A DNA stretch of 64,000 nucleotides, taken from a virus (Duplodnaviria; Caudoviricetes). The stretch lies in IMG/VR virus record IMGVR_UViG_3300006620_000007. The stretch is one strand, 5' to 3'. Positions 1 to 10,499 of the stretch are shown piece after piece; the stretch's first letter is position 1, and each line of letters opens with the position of its first letter. Under the pieces are notes generated by a model, which was given only the letters and a program-made list of their open reading frames with translations, did not search any database and had not been told where the DNA came from. The translations under genes were made by a program, and so were the position numbers.

Positions 1-1
1 C

Positions 2-472
2 GCATGTAAGTTAGCCTGTTATGCTGGTGCAAGATCAGTAGAACACAGAGGTGTATATGCAATACAAACAGAAGATTTAAAAAGACAAGTAGTTTGGACC
101 AATGGCGTGTTTGATATACTACATGAAGGACATTTTAGACTGTTACGACACGCAAGATCAAAAGGTAGAAAACTTATTGTAGGTATAAACAGTGATGCAA
201 GTACAAAAAGACTTAAAGGAGAAGGAAGACCTATTAATAATCAGTTACAACGTAAAATGAATCTTGAACTTTTACCATGGATTGACGAAGTTGTAATATT
301 TGATGAAGATACTCCCATTAATTGTATTGAAAGATTTCAACCTGACTTAATTATTAAGGGTGGCGATTACACTGTTGACACGGTTGTAGGTAATGAACTT
401 GCAGAAGTAGAAATTTTTCCAACAGTAAAAGACCAATCAACAACAAATATTATAGAGAAGATGAAAATATGA
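2..472 (+). CDS. hldE: Bifunctional ADP-heptose synthase HldE/RfaE, 5'-truncated (end of PfkB-type kinase domain plus nucleotidyltransferase domain)
   Basis: Frame is open from base 2 (ACKLACYAGARSVEHRGVYAI...VVWTNGVFDILHEGH), so the track start at 107 is internal. Motifs TNGxFDILHxGH, LIVGINSDAS.KRLKG..RPIN, KGGDY and STT.II are those of the RfaE C-terminal domain. Confidence 0.88.
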   Translation, partial: ACKLACYAGARSVEHRGVYAIQTEDLKRQVVWTNGVFDILHEGHFRLLRHARSKGRKLIVGINSDASTKRLKGEGRPINNQLQRKMNLELLPWIDEVVIFDEDTPINCIERFQPDLIIKGGDYTVDTVVGNELAEVEIFPTVKDQSTTNIIEKMKI

Positions 473-1293
473 GAATTTTAGTTACAGGTTATCAAGGATT
501 TATTGGTTCAAATGTAGCATCATACCTAAAAGCAAAAGGACATGATGTAGAAGGCTTTCCTTGGGAGTTAAACAAGTATCCAGATGCTCAACAATATGAT
601 AGAATTATACATTTAGGTGCAATTTCAAGTACAACTGAGCGTGATGTTGAAAAGATTATGCAACACAACTATGAATACACAATGAAGTTAATTGAAATTT
701 GTGATATGATGGGTACTTCTTTACAATATGCAAGTTCGGCAAGTGTATATGGAGAACTAACACACTTTAGAGAAGACTTAGAATTAGATCCTCGCAGTCC
801 TTATGCTTGGACAAAGTATCTTGTTGATAGATTTGTAACACAACACCTAAATGATTTTAGAGTTACCATACAAGGCTTTAGATATTTCAATGTTTATGGT
901 CATGGAGAAGAACATAAAGGCGATATGATGAGCCCTGTTAGTAAATTTACTAAACAAGCCAAAGAAACTGGTGTTATAAAAGTGTTTGAAAACAGTGGTA
1001 AGTTCAAACGTGATTTTATTTGTGTTGAAGACGTAGCAGTAATGCATGAAAAAATGCTTGATGTTGATAAAAGTGGTATTTGGAACATTGGTAGTGGTGT
1101 TGCTACTTCATTTTTACAAGTTGCCCAGGTAATTGCAAACAAGTATGGAGCAAAAATTGAAGAAATACCAATGCCAGAAAACATTAAGGCACAATATCAA
1201 AAATATACGTGTGCTGACAATGACAAATTAAAAGAAACTATTGAACATAAGTGCTTTAGTGTAGGAGAATGGGTAAATGGCCAACCAAACTGA
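469..1293 (+). CDS. hldD: ADP-L-glycero-D-manno-heptose 6-epimerase (extended SDR)
   Basis: GYQGFIGS NAD-binding motif, HLGAISSTTE, YASSASVYG, YAWTK catalytic YxxxK, GFRYFNVYG..E.HKG.M.S, RDFI.VEDV, YQ.YT.AD; overlaps hldE stop (ATGA). Confidence 0.88.
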   Translation: MRILVTGYQGFIGSNVASYLKAKGHDVEGFPWELNKYPDAQQYDRIIHLGAISSTTERDVEKIMQHNYEYTMKLIEICDMMGTSLQYASSASVYGELTHFREDLELDPRSPYAWTKYLVDRFVTQHLNDFRVTIQGFRYFNVYGHGEEHKGDMMSPVSKFTKQAKETGVIKVFENSGKFKRDFICVEDVAVMHEKMLDVDKSGIWNIGSGVATSFLQVAQVIANKYGAKIEEIPMPENIKAQYQKYTCADNDKLKETIEHKCFSVGEWVNGQPN

Positions 1294-1978
1294 TTGTAAA
1301 GTTGAATGGTGGAGCGTTGTTCCTGGACTTACTAAAGTCGAACCAATCAAAGATGCAACAAAATTCATGCCTGAATGGTTCAAACATGCACCTAAGTACT
1401 TAACTGAAGACTTTGCAGACAAAGGTACTATTAAAAACTGTCCAGGTTTCATAGATTTATATAAAAATGCCTATGTTGTACCTATGTGGTGTGACTTTCA
1501 CATCAAAACAGACAGCAAAGAATTTGCATGGCACTCAAGTAACGAAAACTTTACTATGAGTTTGCATACTGACAAGCAATTTTTAGATCATGCACCGCAA
1601 AATGCCAAAGATGACTTTGTATGTGTTGCAAAAACCGATTGTCCTTGGCGTGTGCGTACAAGTCCTGGTTGGGCAATGATGCAATTACCAATGTTTTATG
1701 ATTTTAATGAATATTTTACGTGTATGCCTGGTATAACACACACGGAATGGAGTCATCAGATTAACCAACAACTGTTAATTAGAAAAGAAGGTGAATTTTT
1801 GCTTGAAAAAGGCACTCCATTAGCAATGTACGTACCAATAAAGATTGCAAACCTTGAAACTACGGTACAAGATGAAGATGAAGAGAAATATCGTGCAAGT
1901 TTTGTAAGTAATCTAATATTTCAAAGTAAGTTTAAAGGTGCTTACAAGAAATTCAAAGAAGCATGGAGTAAAAAATGA
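1277..1978 (+). CDS. Conserved phage hypothetical protein (DUF6065-like beta fold)
   Basis: 233-aa ORF in operon; TIKNCPGFID..PMWCD, PWRVRTSPGW, KGTPLAMY.P pattern typical of a family common in aquatic T4-like phages. Confidence 0.55.
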   Translation: MANQTDCKVEWWSVVPGLTKVEPIKDATKFMPEWFKHAPKYLTEDFADKGTIKNCPGFIDLYKNAYVVPMWCDFHIKTDSKEFAWHSSNENFTMSLHTDKQFLDHAPQNAKDDFVCVAKTDCPWRVRTSPGWAMMQLPMFYDFNEYFTCMPGITHTEWSHQINQQLLIRKEGEFLLEKGTPLAMYVPIKIANLETTVQDEDEEKYRASFVSNLIFQSKFKGAYKKFKEAWSKK

Positions 1979-2379
1979 GTAGACTTGAAGGTAAAGTAGA
2001 AAAAGGTTGGGGCTACGAACTAATATGGGCAACAACTGACAAGTATTGTGGCAAACTTATGGTATTTGAAAAAGCAGGCAAGAAATTTTCCATGCATTTT
2101 CATAAAGAGAAGGATGAATCATGGTTCGTTAATTCAGGACGCTTCGAAGTTAAATGGATTGACACAAAAGACGCTGTGTTATACAGCAAAGAATTAAATC
2201 CTGGGGATACATGGCACAATCCACCACTACAACCACACCAGTTAATTGCTCTTGAAGACAATAGTAGTATTAGTGAAGTTAGTACTGCTGATTCAGTGGA
2301 AGATAATTACAGAATTATACCTGGTGATAGTCAAAAAGAAATAATTAAGAAAAATTCTCCGCCACCCACACTGCCTTAG
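1975..2379 (+). CDS. Cupin, mannose-6-phosphate isomerase-like
   Basis: VEKGWGYELIW, SMHFHKEKDESW (cupin motif 1), GDTWHNPPLQPHQL (motif 2), EVST...DNYR; stop overlaps the convergent gene's stop. Confidence 0.75.
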   Translation: MSRLEGKVEKGWGYELIWATTDKYCGKLMVFEKAGKKFSMHFHKEKDESWFVNSGRFEVKWIDTKDAVLYSKELNPGDTWHNPPLQPHQLIALEDNSSISEVSTADSVEDNYRIIPGDSQKEIIKKNSPPPTLP

Positions 2380-5300
2380 GCTTGTGCTTCAGACCATCTA
2401 AGAATAACGTTACCAGTAATTGCCGCACCTGACGTTTTATACACGTTAATGGCTAACACGTCTGGTCCATTCGGGAATGTACCCCTACCACCTAATGTAG
2501 TATTTGTAAGTTCTTTAATAAATGCAAGATCCAGTGTTGATCTTTCTCCAGGTTGTGCAATAAATGAGAAGATTGTTTCACCCGGTTGTGCATACGGTGG
2601 ATTTCTAAATATAAATGTTATAGTGCCAGCGGCATTAATCGTAGTATTAGCGGACTGTGAGAAGTTAACCTTATAATAAGTAGTTCCTGACGATCCAAAA
2701 CGTTCTTCTGTAATACTTGTTACCTGTGTACCTGATGGCCAGTTAGTATCTGTAGACGCAACCTCTGTACCTGGTGTAACTCCTGCACTATTTAAACTTG
2801 TTGCATCTAAGTATAAGAAGTTAGAGTTAACAAACGCATCACCTTGGTTGGATACTGTAAATGTAGTTGCGTTTCTGTTAATGTTTGCATTAGTATTGTT
2901 ACTAATTCTAATATAACCGTACTGTGATCCACTTGGAGCATATACCTGTGTTACTGTAGAGTTAGCAGGAATACTTGTACCTGAAATAGGTGCACCAAGA
3001 ATATCACTTGGATTATCAAATGCATCGTCAATGTTTGGTGAAGGTCCATTGTTACTACGTGCAATAAAGATGTAATTTCTATTACTTCTGTTGTTATAAA
3101 TTGTACTTGATAAGAATGTTGCTGTTTGTTCGTCTTCTACTGTAACTGCTGTTGTAGTTTCTTGTGTATCTGAAGACCAGTTAACAGAACCACCTGGTGC
3201 AATCTGTGCGAAACTTGGTTGTCCACCCTGTGCAACACCTGAAATACCTGCCCAACCAATATCATTTGGATTCAATGGATAGTTTTGTGGGTTAAGCACA
3301 CCTTCAATAACAATACCACCTGTGTCTGAACTTGCTGGTTGATCCGTTGTAACCTCAAGTCCTTCAAGTAGCAACTGTGCTCTGTTTAAAAGTTCTCTTT
3401 CTCCTAAGTCACCAACAAGTGCGTTACTAACACTCGGTGCCAATCTAATCAAGAAAGACGTATATCTTGTAGTACTAATACTAACACCTGTCGCTTTGTA
3501 ACTGAATAAGTATCCTCTATCACTGTCAAAGCCACCGTCTGTAATAAACGCTGATCCCCAGTGTGATATGTTTGGACTAATTGTGTTACTAATTAACACA
3601 ACACCTGTGTTTCTATCGTGTGCCGTCGCCGCGCCACCAGTGTATGTTCTTGTTGCACCTGATGCAAAGTTTGTCATTGGACTTTGTCTTGTACAACCTG
3701 TTAAATTTTTACCATCAACACCTGTGAAACGTATCATCTCAGCATCAATGTAAACAATTCCACCTTCGGGTGGGAAGAACGAAGCATCTTGTAATGGTAT
3801 AGTTTGCTGTGAATCTGTAATATCACTTGCTAATTTACCACTTGGACCTTCGTTTGTAATTTCATAACGTACAGGCATGTTACCTGTTCTCATAAATGCT
3901 TCTGTGTTAACGTTACTGTTACGCATTCTGTGACAGAATACAAAGTTACCATCAGCACCACGTAGCATGTAGTCAATAAAACCAGCACCATACCATGAAT
4001 ACTGTATACCTACCATCTGCATTTTTGATATATCTAAGTTGTATCCACTTGGACCAGTACCGTCCATTCTATCTCTATTAAAATCTTTCTGTTCTGTTTT
4101 CTTATCTTTAACTAAACAAATCTTACTTGCTCGTACATCAGTAACACCTCTAAAGTCCGGTGTTAGATACATTGTTGTATTGTTAACAACTTGTGATACA
4201 ACGTGTGTCATACCTTTAAGCACAATTCTATCACCTGCTTTTAGTTGTTCTCTAAATCTTGTATTAGTACCTGTACATGTGTTTGAATCAACATTAATAT
4301 CAACTGTACCTGCTAACTGTAATGTTGCAGTTCTTTGTACAGCACTAAATTGTGTTCCATCATATTCAAAGAAAATACCGTTTTGATCATCAAATGCTCC
4401 TGAACGTACAGTTGCACCGTGGAACTTGTTAACCGAAACTTGACATTCTGATGTAAGTTCTGGTGTTGTACTTCCTAATGCCCCGTTAGCAACAATCTCA
4501 AATGTATTTTCATCGTTGATATCTGTAACTGTATATGTGCCATTATAGCCTACAGTCTTAACACCAATGATTCTAATCACACCACCAATTTGTAATCCAT
4601 GTTCTGTTTCATCTGTTGTTACTGTAATAATTGAACCTTGAGCAGTACCTGCCGATGTAATATTAAGAATATTATAACTTGGAGCAAATAACGCACCCGT
4701 TGTATACATGATACCTTTACCTGACTGATATCTAATATACTTTTTACTCTGTCTAATTGCTTGTGATCCGTGTTGTGGTCCACCTGTTCCTAACTGCACA
4801 CCACCATCATATGGTCTGTGTATAAAGAACGAATCTGGTCTTGGATAAACGTTACCAATAATAGGTTCATCATTATTAGTACCTGTGTCAATGTTTCCTG
4901 GTGATCTACATTGGTATTCAAGTTGTGTTAAACTTGGAACTGCTGTAGCACTAAATGGTCCTGCGGCAAGTTCGTGGTTGTTTACTCCATCACTTGATGT
5001 TGTTGTAACTGCAAAAGAGTTACCTGGAACAAGTCCATGTGGTGTTTGGAATGTAATTCTAATACTTGCTAATGCACTGTAAGTAACAACGCTTGAGCCT
5101 GCAATAGGTGCTGTTGTTTCTTCTGACATTGTAACAGCACTGTAAGTGTTTAATACTTCACCTGAAACTGCTGTACCACTAACATTAATACCAACAAAAT
5201 CACCTTCTGTTGATTCTTGTGTACAACGTAATGTTAAATCGTTTGTAGGAGTAGCACCACCAAGTTGGTCACCTGGAATAACAATTCTGTTACCTACTTC

Positions 5301-8300
5301 ATAACTTGAACCGTCATCGGTTGCTACAACAAGACTGTACGCTCCGCCGCTTCTTGTAACTGTAAAGATTGCACCCGAACCTGAATTCTCTTGATTATTA
5401 CCTTGGATTGCTGTAACACTACCACTTCCTGTAGCACCAGTACCAGTAAATGAAACTCCTGTTATTCCTCCACCTGAGTCTACACTTGTAACAGTAATTG
5501 TTAAATCGTTTGTTGGACTTGCACCACTTAAATTAGTTCCGTTAATTACAATCTCTTGATCAACACCGTAATTAAATCCTGCATTGTCAATGGTAACTGT
5601 GTAGTTACCACTTGCTAATCCAATTTGGAATTGTACACCGTTACCAACTACTCTTTGAATGTTAGTTACGTTTGGATAAGATTTAGTATTAACTGCTGTA
5701 CCTGAAATACTTGTTCCTGTAATAGCACCGTTAACATCAACAGTTGAAATTGTAATTGTTAAATTGTTTACACCGTCAACACCACCTAACTCCGAACCAA
5801 GTATTGTAAAGTTCTCTGCCGCCAAGTAACCTGAACCTGCGTTAGTAAGAGTAACTGTATAAACTGTACCAATTCTCTGTACGTTAAATGAAGCATCAAC
5901 ACCATTAACTGTTGTAGAAGTCATTGCAGGATTACTGTAACTTACATCTGCGTCAACTGCTGTACCTGTTGCACTTACACTTGTAATTGATCCGCCTGCA
6001 CCAATAGCCGTAACTGTCATAATACAATCGTTTGTAGTATCTGCACCGCCTAAGTCGAAACCACTAATCTTAATTTTATCACCAACAGTATAACCTGTTG
6101 ATGTATCCGGTGATGCCATTGAAACTGTATAAGCATTGTTAGTATATACAACATCAAAATTACCATCACTACCAAGTCCTCCTGATAAGTTACCTTCTTG
6201 TCCAAAGAATGTACCATTACCGTCAAAGCCTGTTCCTGATTCTGTAAATGTTAATACTTCTCCAAGAGTGTCAACAGTATCAATAAGAATTATTAAATCG
6301 TTTACACCGTCAGCACCTCCAAGTTGTTGACCACCAATTTGTATTCTATCTCCAACTTTATAATCTGTACCACTTGCATTTAGTACTGTTGAATATACAC
6401 CATTTGTTCTTGTAACATCAAAACTTGCACCGTTACCAATTGAAGTATCATTATTACCCTGAACTCCTACATAGTCTACAGTGTTACCAACAAGTATTCT
6501 TGTTGTTGCTTCTGATAATGTTAAGTCATTACCTGCAACGTTTGTTACGAAAGTTGCTGTACCATCACCTCTGTCAAGACCTGATCCAATTTCAACTGCA
6601 CTTGCATCTGCAACTGTAATTGTTGTAGAACCTTGTGCTACATCTGATGTCAATGTAGGTGTATCAATGATTGCTCCTGAACCAGTTACACCAGTAACCT
6701 GAGAACCTAATGGTATACCGCCTGGTACTGCTACAAGTGGAGCACCAAGTGCCGGTACTGCACCAGTAAATGTAATTCTATCTGCACCAGTAGCCGCCGC
6801 TAACGGTAAAGTAAATGATCCTGATGAACCTTGTGTAGTAACTTCAAACGTTGGTGTGTCACCTTGGATACTTGCACCTGTGTAAAATGCCGCTTGTCTT
6901 AAAATTGTATAGAACGTTACAAGTGATGTACCTGGTGTTATTCCAACTTTAGCCTTTGCGTAATATGTAAAAGTTGTGTTATCAACAATACTGTTAATAA
7001 TAAATGTACCTTCAGCACGACCGTTACCTGCAACTTGTCCTGCTAAACCTCTAATAGTAATTGGATTACCTTCTTCAAAACCATGTGGTGCAGTTGTTGT
7101 TACAGTAATTAAGGATTGACCAACTCCGCTACTTCCTGATGATGCATCAGTAGTAACACCTGCAACATTTGTATCCGTACCTGGTACTTCGTATGTTGAT
7201 GGATAACCACGCATTGTACCAATTGCTTGCCACTTGGTAGGCTGTAGTCCGTACTCAAAGTCAGCGTCAAGCATTGATAGAGCGTTTGCAACTCTGTGTC
7301 TTTCAATTGCGTCAGTACCAAAGTCATATGGTCTAACTTTTAAGTCACCTTGATCTACAAAAATTTGTAATGTATCTGTGTCTGACCACACAGTAACTTT
7401 TTCTTCTGATGGTAAAAATGCAAGTCCACCTGTAATTACATCTGTAAGTATTTTTGTTAATTCTGTAATACGAGTCTGAGCACCTAATTCGCTATCCGCA
7501 CCTAAGAAATATTGTGTAGTTTCCGGAGTACCTGTTTGTTTTGTTGTATATACTGTTTTAGTTAAGATGTAATTGTTAATTAAATCTCGCATAAAGTTTT
7601 TAGCGGCAATTTCTTGCTCACGTGTACCATCAATCTGTGGTGTAGGACCTACCCAATATTTTGATGCTGTATCTCTGACATGTTCATTACCACCGTAACG
7701 TAAATCTTTTAAAATTGCATCAATGTTATATCCTGTATCTCTTTCACACTTAGGTGAATTGTAAGTATAACCTTGCCATATACTTCCTGCTTCTGCGTTT
7801 GTAACTTGGTCTACAATCCAAGCACGTACTTCGTCTTTAATAAATTCTTTGTTATTTGTAATTAATGCTCTTGCACCTGTAAGAAATTCTGTGTTTGTTG
7901 TATCAGTGTCAAATAATACTTGTGTAATTGTATCAGTATTTTCAAGAAACTTTTGAAAGTAAAAAAATGTTGGTGTAAATTCTACTGACTCATATGCATA
8001 TCTTACTCCTGCACCTTTACCTGGATCACTAAAATTAAATAGAACCTGGTTAACAGTTGTGTCAGTAATTAATAGTAAATTGTCCTGTGTAACTTTTGTT
8101 GGAAAAATTGCTCTACTAATTTCTGCTCTATGAAAGTCTGGCATTGCATCAAGACCTGAAACAATAACAGTACCAATAGTATCAACAAGTACCTTTTGTA
8201 CCTGTGCCGCCGCAGTTGATTCTGCAACGTATTCATCATTTTTATATTGATAAGTTACTGCTGGTGATTGTTTGGTTGTGTAATCAGTATTTGTTAAAAT

Positions 8301-8990
8301 GTAGTTGTTAATAATATCAACACACTTTGCCTTTGCCGCTTTCTCTGGTAACCTATCGCCGTCAATTTGTGGTAATGCTCCGTCCCAATATGTTGAAGCA
8401 AGATAACGTGCTTGTTCGTTACCGTTATATCTTAAATCGTGTAATAATCCTCCTGGTTGATCTTGTACAGGATTATAAGTGTCACCACCAATAAGGTTGT
8501 AACCCATATCTCTTTCACACTTGTCATCACTGTCGTTTGTGTAACCATACATCACACTCTTTGTACCGTCTGCTAATGCACTTTGGAATGTGTGTGCTAA
8601 TTGATTTGTACTTGTACCTGCGTTAATTGTAATTGTGTTTGCATCTGGAACAGCATCAACTTTAATGACATCAGGAGTATTTGAATGAGGAATTGCTTGT
8701 TGATCAAAAGTAATTGCACCTGTTTCAAACTTAATATAGTCGCCTACTTGATAAGGGTGACCTGTAATAGTAAGTGTCATTACACCTGTTGTAGGTTCGT
8801 AAGTTGCACCTGTTGGTGTATGAACTCCTGCTGTTACTTGTCTTGTAATTGCATCATTAATCCAAGCACGAGTTTCGTCTTTTAAAAACTCAACGTTTTG
8901 TTGGATTAGGTAGTAAGCATTTGGGTGATAGTTTCCACTAATAGGAATTCCTGTATGGAAAATGTAATCATTAATTTTAGTCTTTGCCAT
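2376..8990 (-). CDS. Giant virion structural protein (fibre/baseplate-associated), 2204 aa
   Basis: Gly/Thr/Ser-rich beta-repeat protein in the late region, with two KCERDxGYN helical modules and five ~88-aa internal repeats. Confidence 0.7.
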   Translation of the reverse strand: MAKTKINDYIFHTGIPISGNYHPNAYYLIQQNVEFLKDETRAWINDAITRQVTAGVHTPTGATYEPTTGVMTLTITGHPYQVGDYIKFETGAITFDQQAIPHSNTPDVIKVDAVPDANTITINAGTSTNQLAHTFQSALADGTKSVMYGYTNDSDDKCERDMGYNLIGGDTYNPVQDQPGGLLHDLRYNGNEQARYLASTYWDGALPQIDGDRLPEKAAKAKCVDIINNYILTNTDYTTKQSPAVTYQYKNDEYVAESTAAAQVQKVLVDTIGTVIVSGLDAMPDFHRAEISRAIFPTKVTQDNLLLITDTTVNQVLFNFSDPGKGAGVRYAYESVEFTPTFFYFQKFLENTDTITQVLFDTDTTNTEFLTGARALITNNKEFIKDEVRAWIVDQVTNAEAGSIWQGYTYNSPKCERDTGYNIDAILKDLRYGGNEHVRDTASKYWVGPTPQIDGTREQEIAAKNFMRDLINNYILTKTVYTTKQTGTPETTQYFLGADSELGAQTRITELTKILTDVITGGLAFLPSEEKVTVWSDTDTLQIFVDQGDLKVRPYDFGTDAIERHRVANALSMLDADFEYGLQPTKWQAIGTMRGYPSTYEVPGTDTNVAGVTTDASSGSSGVGQSLITVTTTAPHGFEEGNPITIRGLAGQVAGNGRAEGTFIINSIVDNTTFTYYAKAKVGITPGTSLVTFYTILRQAAFYTGASIQGDTPTFEVTTQGSSGSFTLPLAAATGADRITFTGAVPALGAPLVAVPGGIPLGSQVTGVTGSGAIIDTPTLTSDVAQGSTTITVADASAVEIGSGLDRGDGTATFVTNVAGNDLTLSEATTRILVGNTVDYVGVQGNNDTSIGNGASFDVTRTNGVYSTVLNASGTDYKVGDRIQIGGQQLGGADGVNDLIILIDTVDTLGEVLTFTESGTGFDGNGTFFGQEGNLSGGLGSDGNFDVVYTNNAYTVSMASPDTSTGYTVGDKIKISGFDLGGADTTNDCIMTVTAIGAGGSITSVSATGTAVDADVSYSNPAMTSTTVNGVDASFNVQRIGTVYTVTLTNAGSGYLAAENFTILGSELGGVDGVNNLTITISTVDVNGAITGTSISGTAVNTKSYPNVTNIQRVVGNGVQFQIGLASGNYTVTIDNAGFNYGVDQEIVINGTNLSGASPTNDLTITVTSVDSGGGITGVSFTGTGATGSGSVTAIQGNNQENSGSGAIFTVTRSGGAYSLVVATDDGSSYEVGNRIVIPGDQLGGATPTNDLTLRCTQESTEGDFVGINVSGTAVSGEVLNTYSAVTMSEETTAPIAGSSVVTYSALASIRITFQTPHGLVPGNSFAVTTTSSDGVNNHELAAGPFSATAVPSLTQLEYQCRSPGNIDTGTNNDEPIIGNVYPRPDSFFIHRPYDGGVQLGTGGPQHGSQAIRQSKKYIRYQSGKGIMYTTGALFAPSYNILNITSAGTAQGSIITVTTDETEHGLQIGGVIRIIGVKTVGYNGTYTVTDINDENTFEIVANGALGSTTPELTSECQVSVNKFHGATVRSGAFDDQNGIFFEYDGTQFSAVQRTATLQLAGTVDINVDSNTCTGTNTRFREQLKAGDRIVLKGMTHVVSQVVNNTTMYLTPDFRGVTDVRASKICLVKDKKTEQKDFNRDRMDGTGPSGYNLDISKMQMVGIQYSWYGAGFIDYMLRGADGNFVFCHRMRNSNVNTEAFMRTGNMPVRYEITNEGPSGKLASDITDSQQTIPLQDASFFPPEGGIVYIDAEMIRFTGVDGKNLTGCTRQSPMTNFASGATRTYTGGAATAHDRNTGVVLISNTISPNISHWGSAFITDGGFDSDRGYLFSYKATGVSISTTRYTSFLIRLAPSVSNALVGDLGERELLNRAQLLLEGLEVTTDQPASSDTGGIVIEGVLNPQNYPLNPNDIGWAGISGVAQGGQPSFAQIAPGGSVNWSSDTQETTTAVTVEDEQTATFLSSTIYNNRSNRNYIFIARSNNGPSPNIDDAFDNPSDILGAPISGTSIPANSTVTQVYAPSGSQYGYIRISNNTNANINRNATTFTVSNQGDAFVNSNFLYLDATSLNSAGVTPGTEVASTDTNWPSGTQVTSITEERFGSSGTTYYKVNFSQSANTTINAAGTITFIFRNPPYAQPGETIFSFIAQPGERSTLDLAFIKELTNTTLGGRGTFPNGPDVLAINVYKTSGAAITGNVILRWSEAQA
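5180..6430 (-). repeat. Five tandem ~88-aa protein repeats (F.V....Y.V.....G..Y..GD.I.I.G..LGG....NDL)
   Basis: Units begin ASFDVTRTNG, GNFDVVYTNN, ASFNVQRIGT, VQFQIGLASG and AIFTVTRSGG; boundaries approximate. Confidence 0.7.
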
Positions 8991-8995
8991 TTACG

Positions 8996-10027
8996 TTAAA
9001 CTCCTAATGCAATAGCCAACGCTGTTGCTGTACTATCTACGTATGCTTTATTTGTCAATTCTTTTTCAGTCACCGGTCTTTGTTGTCCTATTGCTTTTGT
9101 GAACGTTGCGTCCGCAGGAGTTACATTTCCTATTACAGTACTATTTAACCCATTTGAGGCATTCAACGCTAAGAACGAACCATCTCTTGCAGTAGTTTGT
9201 CCTATCGACATGTTATTTATTGATCCTGCACTACCTGTGTTTAGTGTTAATACTCCTGTTCCGCTTGGGCTAATTGTAACATTTTTATCCTCTGGACTTA
9301 ATGTTACTGTATCTGTAGCACTTAGAGTCAATGCATTTACATACATATTGCTCATTGTACCTTGTCCTACAGGATTAATCAATACTGAACTATATGCACC
9401 CTGTGGAGCAATCTGAATTTCTGCATCTTGTCCTGTAAATGTAACGTCACCGATAACATTCAAACTACTAAATGCACCAACACCTGTAATAGTTGGATCT
9501 GCTGTAGTTATTGTTCCGTAAATAGTACCATCACCAGTAGCATAATACAGCGTATCTGGTGCAAGTGCTGGAACCTTAAATGTTACAATACCATTGTTTT
9601 TACCTTGTGCCGCTACACCTTCTAATGTACCTAATACTGCATCTTCGTATGTTAGTCCCTCGCTATAAAATATAACAGGAAGACCGTTAATAGTTGTTGA
9701 TGAAAGTCCGGCTGGATCAGCATAAAAAATATTAAAAGTTAAGAAAGGAAAGTTTGCTAAACTAAAAGAATACTCTGCTCCTCTTACTAAACTAAATGTA
9801 GGATTTTCTTGTTGAATCTGTGTACCAGTTGAGTATGTTGTATTCTCAATAAATGCAGATGAATTTGCTTCACCTTGTTGTCTCATGTAGAATCTATTAT
9901 CAACGATTGCTTCTTCAACAACAGAATATGTTAGACTTTTAAGTGTAACGTTACCTTCAGCATCAACACTAAATCCAGGACTCTTAAATCCGTGTTCTGC
10001 TTCGAACGGTATGTAGTTTACAGCCAT
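8996..10027 (-). CDS. Virion structural protein with a degenerate cupredoxin-like module
   Basis: ENPTFSLVRGAEYSF...FKVPALAPDTLYY resembles the C-terminal module of 31738..33195 but lacks Cys/His/Met; fibre-like C-terminus (TNKAYVD..A.ALAIALG). Confidence 0.6.
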   Translation of the reverse strand: MAVNYIPFEAEHGFKSPGFSVDAEGNVTLKSLTYSVVEEAIVDNRFYMRQQGEANSSAFIENTTYSTGTQIQQENPTFSLVRGAEYSFSLANFPFLTFNIFYADPAGLSSTTINGLPVIFYSEGLTYEDAVLGTLEGVAAQGKNNGIVTFKVPALAPDTLYYATGDGTIYGTITTADPTITGVGAFSSLNVIGDVTFTGQDAEIQIAPQGAYSSVLINPVGQGTMSNMYVNALTLSATDTVTLSPEDKNVTISPSGTGVLTLNTGSAGSINNMSIGQTTARDGSFLALNASNGLNSTVIGNVTPADATFTKAIGQQRPVTEKELTNKAYVDSTATALAIALGV

Positions 10028-10042
10028 ACTATATGCTCCTCA

Positions 10043-10462
10043 TTATGCAGGTACCAATACGTTTTGTGTTTGATAATAGTTTGCACTGAATACGCATTTT
10101 GCACCACGTCCTGGTGCTGAATCATCTAATGGTTTTGCGTTAACAATAACGTTTACATAACTGTCATTAACTGTAGCAGTTACATCAAGAATTTGATTTC
10201 CTAAGTTACTACGTCCATATACAACTAATTCTGCTGTGCTTGGACCAGCAACTACTAAACACTTAACAATCTCTTTTTGAAATGTGCTATGATCAGCAAC
10301 GATAGTGTATTCTGCCGCACAAAAATCACCTACAAGCCATCTATCAAGCAGTGTATCTTCTGTGATTTTCTTCCATGGTCCGTGATAACTTAAATTAGTA
10401 CCGTTTTTCATTAGTACTGTGTTCTTTAAGCCTTTACCGAAAAATTTACCAATATCAAACAT
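10043..10462 (-). CDS. Hypothetical structural protein
   Basis: 139-aa ORF with SD (GAGG) and a TAAATA box at 10480-10485. Confidence 0.6.
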   Translation of the reverse strand: MFDIGKFFGKGLKNTVLMKNGTNLSYHGPWKKITEDTLLDRWLVGDFCAAEYTIVADHSTFQKEIVKCLVVAGPSTAELVVYGRSNLGNQILDVTATVNDSYVNVIVNAKPLDDSAPGRGAKCVFSANYYQTQNVLVPA

Positions 10463-10499
10463 AATAGTCCTCTTTAGTATATTTATCGCTTAAGAAGAT

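Noticed and set aside
2-1293. Bacterial LPS locus or host contamination
   Set aside because: Contiguous with phage-type genes with overlapping stops and similar composition; no bacterial housekeeping context.
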